From: Pocillopora damicornis
Lineage: Eukaryota
Length of the DNA stretch: 64,000 nucleotides
Reading direction: 5' to 3'
Assembly (NCBI RefSeq): GCF_003704095.1
Contig: NW_020844266.1
Coordinates: forward strand, 558,001-622,000
Position numbers and translations under genes: made by a program. Shown one piece after another: positions 53,992 through 64,000 of the stretch. Positions within the stretch are counted from its first letter, which is position 1; every line of letters begins with the position of its first letter. The notes under the pieces were generated by a model. The model searched no databases. It was not told the DNA's origin and saw nothing but the letters and a program-made list of their open reading frames with translations.

Positions 53992-55192
53992 ACCTCATAC
54001 TCTTGTGAGGATGTAAAGCTGCAGGAGCAGAAATGACTCCTTTAAGCAAATTGAGATCATTTAGAGAATGGTCGGGGTAACGATTTCAAATTTTACTCTT
54101 AGGCAATCATTCTAATCTTCTCGGCTTTGCGAATCTAGAATCCTAAATTCTCAGTTCTTTTGTACCTTCAAAATTGACACTGCATCGTTTACTGTAAAAA
54201 ACGAGGCACTGTTCAAAAGCTTTTTGCAGAAATTTCACTTACATATAAATATACAGAGGTAATTCCAAAGCTTTCCTCGCCCGTTAGTCTTAGAAAATTA
54301 AAGGAAACACGTTCAACACACATTAGTATGTACTAAAACAGTGAATTGGGTCGAAGACGCGCTCTGATTGGCCACTCAAATCCCGAATATTTTTTACTCT
54401 TTACCTCCGCACGACGCGAGAAAACATTGTAATCGTTGCAGGATTAAATGAGTTAAAATTACCTTTTAGTGCTATATCATCTCACTGATTTTGTATATCC
54501 TTAAAGGACTGTCTTAGTAGAGGTGGCTAGCATTAGATGTTTACCTCGTCGCTTGGCAGCTTGGTAAATATCCACCACTAGCCACCTCAGCTGAGATGGA
54601 TCGTTGTTAAATATCCTTCGCAAGAAAAGAAACGTACGCAAATGACAAGAAATATTTCATTAAATGACCTTTATTACGAACTAATTACAAATTTTGTTTA
54701 GGCACTTTGCGTGCAAGTGAAAATCATCTATGCCATTTGGAATAACTGCTGATATTATTTGAATAAACAATTTCACTCAATTCGTATTTTTACCCATCAC
54801 CTTCCTCTTTCAAATTAATTGTACAAAAAAAATGTTATTTTTCCTTTCATGTGGTTCATATTTTTTGCTCATATCCAGCCATTTAATTTTATTCATGTGA
54901 ATGGTTCAAAAAGTAAATTAAGCATGATTATCAATTGAATAATTGCTACAACTACTATTACCTATCATGAAATGAGGACAATTTGAAATTCTGTCTAGGA
55001 TTACCGTTGAATTGTACGATACGAGATGCAATTATTAATTATGAAAAAGGATACGATTGCTTAATACATATTTCATCATACAAAAATCGTGCTATTTCTA
55101 AATTACAGTAATTGAATATAATAATAATAAAACTTGAATTATTGAATTTGAATTATATTGAATCAAAGTCCCTGGAATGTTAATAATTTATC

Positions 55193-55332
55193 GGATCAAT
55201 ATCGGTATCTAAGCAACTGCGTACCTATTCCACCCCTAGCCTCACCCACCCCTCCCCTTACCTAACAACAGTTAACTGATAACAAGCTAGGGTTTATGTT
55301 GGGTCAGTTTCTCAAATACTGACACCGATCCA
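55193..55332. mobile_element. MITE with terminal inverted repeats
   Basis: ggatcaatatcggtatctaagcaactg ... cagtttctcaaatactgacaccgatcc; related to the copy at ~18380. Confidence 0.6.
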
Positions 55333-55378
55333 ATCTTTCCATTTAGACTTTTGCACGACACGAATTGATCAAAAGGAG

Positions 55379-58300
55379 CTACGAGGTCTCCACGAACTTG
55401 TCTTTCAAATCTCTGTTGAAAATCTGCACAGAAACAGGATATAAGGCACCAGCGACGTCAATCTCAAAGCCTCCATCTTCTACAGTGGCATCCAGTCCCT
55501 CTCCTTCTAAGTATCCTAAACACATTGGACGATCCAGTTTGAAGCTATGACTTGCGCTTATCGTGGACCCTACCGAAGAGCCATTTCTGAGAATCGGCTC
55601 CCCTCCCCACGGGTAGTTGGTATCGTCGCGTTCTTCGAGTGCAATTTGCACAAGATGCTTCTTTGCGGGTTGTTGATCATCAGCTAAAAGAGCTTGCTTT
55701 CCAAGGAAATCGCAGTTCTAGAATAGATATGTTGGAAAATACAAACGGTTGGTTGAGCTGAACGGCACTAAAAATTTATAATTTATAATTTTTCTTCTAA
55801 ATAATTAACGTTGACCGCGCCCAGATTCGACAAAACAGCTCAGCTTTCCTCATTAATGATCCTTAGTTTTAGCACAACGTCTAGCACATAATTTCTCCTT
55901 CCAATATCACCCCTGAATCAGACATGAAGGTCACAAGAATGCAGAACATGATCACCAACTAAAGAAGCTCTTGATTGTAACAAAAATCAAAGAACCTCTT
56001 TCTCCTTGTTAGCACCTTACGAAATGTATAGTGAACAGTATGGAGAATATGCCTACTGATGTTGGGGTGCAAAGTATTCATCCCTATTCTCCTCGGTTGA
56101 CTTTCTCCCTTTATTTGGAAGAGGGACAGTCCATCATGCCTTTGAGCGTTCACGGTGTTTTCGCAAAGCGACTCATGTTTTGATTGGATCAAAATAAGAC
56201 TCCCACTGACCCCACTGGGGAGATAGCATCTGAGCTAGGATTAGAGGGGAATTGGATACTGGAACATCAGGGAAAAAGAAACGAAAAATTTTTGAAGTTA
56301 CTAATAAACGTTTACGCAAACCGTAACTTCAGTATTTCTTGGAAGAAGATAGTCTAAAAGTGGCCGGATCGGATCGTTCGTAGAGAAGAGAAAAGCAAAT
56401 CCCGGCATTATAATTAAATTTCAGAGCTGCTTGGTTTATTAATACGGTTACCATGATTACCTTATCCAGTTGCACTCTGTCCATCACCCCAGCCTCCCTT
56501 GGAGTTACAAATGACGTCATCTCTTTTCCCATCTGTGGAATCAATCTCTCAATTCGCAAGCCATCAAGTACTGAGTGACCCGCGTTCCTTATGCCCAGAT
56601 CTCTCCCGGCCTCCATCATTTCACGGTACAAAGAGACAGCAAACTGTAGTATAGAAAGACGTAAGAGAAGAATTTAACAGTGTTTGTGATAGTTGTCCTG
56701 TGCTAAAGAGGTCACTACAAAAACAGGGTTCGTAGATAGTTTTCTGGATCTTGAAGATTAGTTTAATAATATCCAAACTTCTCCAGTAATTCAATACTCT
56801 ATAGGAACCCGGTAAATAGCCTTGGAAAATTAAATATGAGTGTAAAATGCATCGGAAACCATAAGGAGACGCAAGGTGTATAAAGAGAACTTTTAATCGC
56901 ACTTTTGCATCAAAGCGGCCCTGAATCCTGTCATGTGACCTTCGGAGGCGAGAACAGAGCATACATCACGTATGCCTACTCATTACTATGAACATGCGCC
57001 AAAATTAGGAATTCCCAAATTCACAGAATATACAAATAGGAGCCTTCGAGTCCTTTGTTGGAAAATGGAAAAATGAAAATTCATTATTAGTTACTGCACG
57101 GAGTAAGGGAGGGAAAACGGACTGAGAGCTAGGCTCGCTTAAGCTTTAGATTATGGTTACAAGTGCAAATTTTTGAGAACCCTAAACCAAAAAAAGAGTT
57201 GCCTGTATCACAGATAACTAAAAAGTTAACTGAACACACAAAAGGTCTTCATATACAGGAACCCACCTCAGTAGGTACCAAAAGCTTCCAGTCGTTTTTC
57301 TGATCGCCAAAGTAGTTTGTTTTAAACGTCTTAACACCTGAGGCAAAGCCTAGGTCAATTTCCTGCGAAAAATAAAAATCCAAATGCAATTTAATGCGGA
57401 GGTCGGCTAATAAAATTCTTCTAGTTGTTTTAATTTTAATCTTTCTTGTTTTTACAGACTTCATGTTCTGTAAGAAAGGGGAAGACAATCAGTCGAAACG
57501 CGCTCTAAGGAATAAACTAAAACATGGCCATCTCCCATCACGTGGCTTTGTAGTTCAGTTGATAGAAGTGCGGTCAAAGTCTAGTGACTGCTGCTTTGTT
57601 TGTTTTTTTTGTTTTTTTTGTTTTCAGGTATACCATTATGTCCTTCTTGCCTGTGGATTATGACTTCATACGTGATTCTCTAATTAAAGTACCTTTACTT
57701 ACCTTTACAATGTTTGCCGGGAATAGGTTCTCCTTTAAGGGGGTCTGGGTCAGAGTTTGAAGCAGCTGAGTCGAGTTTGGACCCAGTACTCCCAAAATAG
57801 CATACTGTGACTGAATGTTACGCAGACTGATCGCAGAGTTGGAGGGGATGTTATGGGAAATCATTGAGTGAGCAGCAGTTACTCGCTCTGCATCGTCCAG
57901 CATAATTATAAATCTGGCGATTTAAAAATGGATGAAGAGTGAAAAGTACGGCTGAAGCACACAATGATGGAAGGATAAAGAGAAAAAAACAAAGGCATAC
58001 AATGACTCAAGGCAATTGGGGATCTAATCAGGGTAGTATCATTAGCTTTCTATTTTGAAGAAGTTTCCTTGCACAACTCCTTTTTCAAAAAGACAAAAAG
58101 ACAGCTCAAAAGTAATTAAGGGGTAAGTTTTAAAGTAACCGTGGTACCGCGTCGATTGGGAGTTTACAAGATAATTTGGTTATCAATAGAGTTATAATGT
58201 AAATTGGTCACCGTAGAGAGTTTAGCTGACGCTTCGAGCGTTAGCCCTTCTTCAGAGCGAATAGAGCAACTGAGGTTTGTGTGTAGTTTATATACCAAAA

Positions 58301-61300
58301 ACTGGAGCTACACTCTTGGTGGGAACACGGTAAGGCGAAAACAATAATAAATTATTTGAATGGAGTGCCCAGTTGAAAGTTAAATTCTGTTTGAGAGTTT
58401 TGGGGCTTTCCAAACTGCCTAGATGTAAGGAAGGCCGCAGACTGCCATATGCTTCTTAGAATTTGAGTCGAACCTCCTGCAATAATGGTTGAAAAAAAGA
58501 GGCCCACCTATTTTGTGCTTCTCGTATAACGGTGCAGCTCAGCTCTATTCCCCCGCGTTTGTTCAGTATCAGAGTACGCACAGAGCAACCGACTGGTATA
58601 GCCACATCATTAGAACACAAAAGCTGAAGGAAATGCTCCACCTCGCCATCTGCACTAGACTAAAAACACAAATACACATTAAGTGTTACCACTTAACCCC
58701 ATACTCCCTAACATCAACATTCATATTCTCCATACGGTCCTTTCTACATTGGTAATGGACAAGGAGAATTTATCTGAAAATCACGAACTCCTTAAACTGA
58801 TGATCATTTCCGTTATTATCATGGTTATTAAATCCAATGGTGATACTGCGCGTATAAATTAGAAGCCAAAGCTTGTACCTCAATTTCAAACAGACCAAGA
58901 GCAGTTAAGTCCACCACAGCTACCCCCTCGGTACAAGATTTGTACTCCACTTCTGTACAGCTTAGCCAGCCGGGCTTGCCAAACCCATTCTCACTGGGGT
59001 GGTCTAGGTAAAAACAAACAAAATTCAATGATGCATACAAACCCTGACTACTTAAAGTAGTCAGGGTTTGGTTATTGGGTTATTCAAGGAAGCGTTCAAA
59101 GCACATCCAAAAAAATCGTGAGGTTCACTAGCCTACGAGTAGCTGTACCCTCTCCCCCCTCCCCCCCCCCAAGGTGAAACGGAAGCGAGAGAACGTCTAC
59201 GCAAATCATGGCATTAATCGTGTTCCGTGACGCTACTCGAATTTATGCAAATAATGCCATTTGGTAATATTTTTTTTGCGATATTTTTTTTTACCTCGCC
59301 TCCGTTTCACCTGGGGGGAGGAGGGGGAGGGTACACCTACACGTAGGCTAGAGGTTCACCCACAACTAATAAACGCTTGTAGCTCGCATTTTTGTGCAGT
59401 GTTAGGCGGCGGAGCAGCGAGAGGTTGTTTTCCTTCCAATTTTATTCGGTTCCAAGCCTCTCGCAGCTTCGTAGCTGAGTTTCGCGGTTCGGTTCAACGC
59501 TTCGAAGTGCACACGAAACCACCAGCTACGCAAGTTCTCGCCATCAAGCACTCACGGCACAAAAGACAAAAGTTGAAATAAGAGTGAATTGCGGCGAGTA
59601 TGAAAAAGAAAGTGTCTGTCAGGTAAAAGTAGTATTAGCATTTCCGCTTGGTTTTTGTTTTGTTACCTCGAGTCAATCGGCAAGACTCAGAGGTCTAGAA
59701 GTACTTTTAAAGTACTTTTTGAAGTTAATTTCAAAACAAACGCTTGAAGCAAACAATCAAACCAAAATTTCTTCCAATCAGTTTTTTGGGCGCTTTGAAA
59801 CGCCAAGCTTCGATGCAGCGAGAGAATTGGGACCGGATACAGTAATTCGCCTAATGTCGCTTCATAGCACACACAAAAGCGCCACCTACGCAGACTAGCT
59901 TAAAATTACATTACCTTCTCCCGGAAGTGCAAACCACTTGGGAACCTCCCACCCCATCTTCTCACTCCATGATGCACCGGCGGCGTTTAGCTCTGGGAAC
60001 AATGGCGAACATCTGAGCCCGCGCGCAGCCTTTCTCTCTGAATACGGGTATCGTAGCAAGTAGTGCCAGGCGAGGGTCTCTTTCACGCACTCTCTTAAGA
60101 AGCGTTTGTTGTTGTGGTGAGGTGCAAAACGACGTATGTCTACACCTGAAAGATCCATAGTAGGTTCCCCTTCAGTGATCCAACCGGCAAGGGCCATCCC
60201 AGCTCCTCCCGCACCAGCAATACCACTAGAATTAAAGCCAGCAGCCACATAGAAATTGCGTACCTTAATAAAAAAAAGTGTTCTCAATAGACAGCAATTG
60301 ACTTTATTACTCCCAGTGACCAAATGGAAACTTCTTCCCACCAAATCGATAAGGTTTCAAACGGAAAGGAGACTGGAAGGAGAGAAATGTTAAAGAGGGA
60401 ACGATCCTTGATTTAACATGAAATTCTCCGGGTTAAAATTATTAGAAATGCGTGGCACAAAGTTGGGAGAAGTACGATTTAGATCTTCGGAGTGAAAGGG
60501 GTTACTAACAGCAAGAAAGGGTCAAGCTTGACTTCTTTAAGCTGATAATAACCTCTCACCTTACGAAACCTACAGAATAGAGGTAAACCAAGGCATCAAG
60601 AATCAAAGAAATTTATGAAAGTAACCCCATAGATGCAGATGCAGACTCTTACAGCGGAAATGCGAGTATTCATTTGTCTGAATACTCCAAACGCCCTCCC
60701 AAAGAAAATCTTATACGGAAGAACGCCAGTTACGAGAGGCAACTGAAAGTTGATTGCTTGTTGGAGGATTGTATCAAAGACCAGATCTTTCCACGAGAGA
60801 CGATTTTATTCTAATTAGAAGCAGAATTCGCTTTTAAAAACATGAAAAAATGTGTTTAAGAGACTAAAAATGAAAGAAAAACAGCACTGTGGTGGTTAAA
60901 AACACTTACTAGTGATTCCATTAGTGTGTGTGGGCTAATACGAGTGTTCACTGTAGACTGCCTGGAATCTGGTGGAAACGACTACCCCTTTGGAATTCCT
61001 GTACAAAAGCTTCCTTTTTTGTTTTAATCCGATCATAGTAATTTCCATCTAACTCTGTTCCTAAAAACCTGTAATAGAAGATCGTGCGTACCAGCTAAAC
61101 ATGATCTGTGTTCATTTGATTCCAAACCTACCTCAGGTACTTCCCCCAACAAATATCGTCCATCCGGAGTGAAGCTCTCTGGACCATTGATCATTTGACG
61201 AATCTCGGCCTTCTCCATGAACGGGAAACGGTGAAGCATGTTATTCATTAGCTCGCCTAAAACAAGAGCAGTTGGGAGAAAAAAACAGTTCGAGTCTAGT

Positions 61301-63299
61301 GCAAGACCCCAAACAGTCCAAACTGCCAAACCACATATTCCGGTTTCCAGGGAGTGAAGCGATCCTTCCCACCCGGATGGGATGCCAATCTATCGTAGTT
61401 TTCCCCCACATCCCNNNNNNNNNNNNNNNNNNNNNNNNNNNNNNNNNNNNNNNNNNNNNNNNNNNNNNNNNNNNNNNNNNNNNNNNNNNNNNNNNNNNNN
61501 NNNNNNNNNNNNNNAACTATGTCTGATTGTCCACCTGGTTGCCGTGTGAACTTTAATATATTTCACCAGTACCTGTTATTCCACTGTGTAGAAAGACGCA
61601 CCGTGAGAGTTCTGTGTCACACTTACAACAATTTTCAGTTGTTTGAGACGCGACGAAAGTTTTTGAAACCTTTTGTTGTCACAAGGAATTGGCTCCGTTT
61701 CCAATGGCAACTTGTTGTTTGACCTCTTTTGGCGGGCTTTCATGATTGACGGTTGGGATTCCGTTTCCGTTGGAAACAAGGAAGTTACCCGAGATAACGC
61801 CGTCATTTTTATGGTGACCGAACATTTTTCGCATCTCGCTCGACTGATAATCGAAGTAAGAACAGCAAATTGCGACCAGCCCTGATCTAGAACCCGGAGT
61901 CCAGTGTAAAAACCATCGTGGTACCGCTTCTCCAACACACAGCAGAGAGTGAGGTATTTCTATTCGTACAACAGTAATTTTTGAACAGTTTCACAAAATT
62001 TTTAAGTCTCTGACTCACCCTTAACTTAGTCGTTCTGCAATTATTCCAGTTGCACCAGCTATGTAGCCAATCAAAGATTAAACTACGAGCTCGAGATATC
62101 TATAGATTTAGGCCATTTGTTAGGCGCAAAACAACACCCAACGGACGAAGAGCTGCACCGTATCACGAATCAGGTTCGACTCTGAGTCAAGTTCGAGTCA
62201 CGAGTCAAGTTTTCTTCTCTGTTTTTGCTACAACGTTTTTATGTGTCTTTTTTCGATTTCGGTGTCAAAATGATGCACCAGAGAAACAACAACACCTAGT
62301 TTTAAGCTTAAAACTTGTAATTTTTCACAGCAGTTGGCGAGTGTTATTCCTGCACTAGTTCACAGCTGCGATCGAAGAAGTGAACATAGGCATCTGCGAT
62401 TTGTCATCACAGATTCCGACCTCTTTTAATTACACACACCTGAGGCAGAAGTCCCATCTCCACCAAAAACCTTCTAAACTGACTCAGAGTGTTAACAAGA
62501 ATCTCAGAATTTCTAGTACTCGGCCGCCATTTTGTTGCATCCACTGGGCTTCCATTAAAAAACAAGTTAAGACTACATGCTACCTGATTCACTCTGTTGT
62601 GGAGAGCATGTATTAGTTTCCTGTGAAAGGTTTGCCTCACCAGGATGATCATGCTTTACTTTTCTTCATTTGCTCGTGATATACAGGTTTCACTTGTCAA
62701 GATTTTCGAAGCCTCACTAAGTTTCGAGACATAACGTCTGGAGTTCACTTTGTTACCGTGCATCGATAAGACGGCGAAATTTATACGAGTCCTTATTTTT
62801 TGTAGTTAGCGCATCAGTTGAGGTTATCATCGGTCATCTAACATGTCCTAACGGAGAATAACAGCCTTTGAAACGTTTTGTAAACTTCGTGAAAATTCTT
62901 TAACACGGTTACAGCGCCGAAAGAATTTGTAATGCAGGAATTCGGACAGGGCTATTTTCTTTACCCCAAGCTCGTAAAAAATGAACAATACTAAAGAGGT
63001 TTCATTTTCAAACTTTTGATCCCTTTAATTGTCTTCTTCCCGTTATACTCACTGAAGTGATCCCAGTTCTCCGGGAGTAGCTGATATTCAAATCCTTTAG
63101 GGATTCCTTCGTGGAAGACGGGAAGAGCATTTAATTCAAAGCCTCCAGCCATCAGCCCTCCGCTCCATTCACGTATATAAATCTGGCTATCATGATCTCG
63201 AATCACCGGCAACATGGAGGTCACACCTTCAATGGGCTTTGTCACGATGTAATAGTGTTCCGTTGAATGAAGAGGAAAATTCACCTTAGGCGCACATTT
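55379..63299 (-). CDS. PDPR: Pyruvate dehydrogenase phosphatase regulatory subunit-like (GcvT/DMGDH/SARDH-family flavoprotein), 3' exons only; gene continues beyond the window
   Basis: Approximate exons: 63053-63299 (PLHSTEHYYIVTKP..IYIREWSGGLMAGGFE..ENWDHF), 61131-61257 (INGPESFTPDG..LGEVPE), 59914-60263 (VAAGFNSSGIAGAGGAG..DIRRF..EKMGWEVP), 58879-59004 (FGKPGW..EYKSC.EGVAVVD), 58508-58650 (LCSNDV.IPVG), 57702-57913 (GVLGPNS), 56461-56643 (GIRNAG..LRIER), 55379-55717 (PWGGEPILRNG..FEIDVAG). The IREWSGG, KPxW, SNDxxxPVG and PWGGEPI motifs favour PDPR over SARDH/DMGDH. Confidence 0.8.
58117..58267 (-). repeat. Second (non-palindromic) copy of the Penelope-like/hammerhead repeat
   Basis: aaggggtaagttttaaagtaaccgtggtaccgcgtcg...agctgacgcttcgagcgttagcccttcttcagagcga aligns with 26945-27095. 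Confidence 0.75.
59129..59350. mobile_element. MITE with long TIRs and a perfect 9-bp target-site duplication (Mutator-like)
   Basis: TIRs tagcctacgagtagctgtaccctc... / ...gagggtacacctacacgtaggcta; gaggttcac at both 59120-59128 and 59351-59359. Confidence 0.85.
61415..61514. other. Assembly gap (100 N)
   Basis: Run of N within a PDPR intron. Confidence 1.
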
Positions 63300-63577
63300 C
63301 TAACGATTGAAAGAGAAATTTGTGAGTCTTTGATCATAATTGCATAATTTTATACCTCAAAATCTAGGAATCTAAGAAAAACCTGGCAGACACCAAAAAC
63401 AGCTTTAAGAGACACAAAGCTTGGGAAAATTTATATCAACTCACTCCTTAAGACAAATTGCTACTCTGACATGTGCTTGTCATAAGTAAGACCCAAGCAT
63501 ATGGAAGTTCTTTTTCTGCTCACATTCAAGATATTTAACAAGTACTAGACAGAAAGGTTTCTGTCGTGGGTTCAGAT

Positions 63578-63789
63578 TTAACCCTTTAACTCCCATGAGT
63601 GACCAAGACAGAATTTCCTCCTACAATATCAATACAATATCAACCAGAAAAGTGATGAGAATAAAGAAAAATATTAATTAGGGGATTATTAGTTGATCCA
63701 ATACCAAATTCTCTAGATTAACATCACAAGAACTACATAACAGACTGTAAGGAGAATTATTAATGAGATCGTGGGAGTTAAACGGTTAA
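63578..63789. mobile_element. piggyBac-type MITE with TTAA target sites
   Basis: TTAA|CCCTTTAACTCCCA ... TGGGAGTTAAACGG|TTAA; ~204-bp non-coding body. Related fragments at ~55880-56070, 58693-58830, 60380-60505 and 63870-64000. Confidence 0.8.
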
Positions 63790-63859
63790 TATACAGCAGA
63801 GCTTTATTGGTGCATTCAGCTTTATTTAGGAAGTTAGTTCTGATATTTATGATATTTGC

Positions 63860-63935
63860 ATTTGCTCTCTCAACCCTTCACACGCTAACATCAATAAATT
63901 TGCTCTCTCAACCCTTCACACGCTAACATCAATAA
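63860..63935. repeat. Local ~39-bp direct duplication
   Basis: tttgctctctcaacccttcacacgctaacatcaataa occurs twice in tandem. Confidence 0.9.
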
Positions 63936-64000
63936 GCATATTCTCCATACTTTTCCCTATACATTCCCTAAGGTTCTGAAAAGGAGAATTTGTTTGGTGA

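Noticed and set aside
61515-62990. Nested gene in the PDPR intron
   Set aside because: Several short ORFs without recognisable homology or consistent splicing, adjacent to an assembly gap; cannot be supported.

Overview
Eukaryotic, intron-rich and AT-rich animal genomic DNA, most likely a cnidarian (stony coral). This rests on a nematogalectin-type gene and on repeat families I associate with scleractinians; the taxon is an inference. Gene content, left to right: (1) a two-exon gene (965-2502, +) encoding two tandem ectoine-synthase (EctC)-like cupin domains, with no ectA/ectB in the window; (2) decayed CR1/L2-type LINE fragments and other relics; (3) a complete RECQL4 gene (-); (4) a collagen + SUEL-lectin nematogalectin-like gene (-) whose intron holds a ~190-bp palindrome with hammerhead-ribozyme-like cores; (5) three tandem paralogous + strand genes with ubiquitin-like / ankyrin / disordered / W-L-x-x-K coiled-coil architecture and a conserved phase-2 intron (a GC-AG intron in one copy); (6) the 3' part of a PDPR-like (GcvT-family flavoprotein) gene (-) that runs off the right edge. 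There are many MITEs, a tRNA-derived SINE and two 100-N assembly gaps. The most notable items are the intron-containing double-EctC gene and the Ubl-ANK-coiled-coil triplet. All homology calls come from motif recognition by eye; no searches were run.
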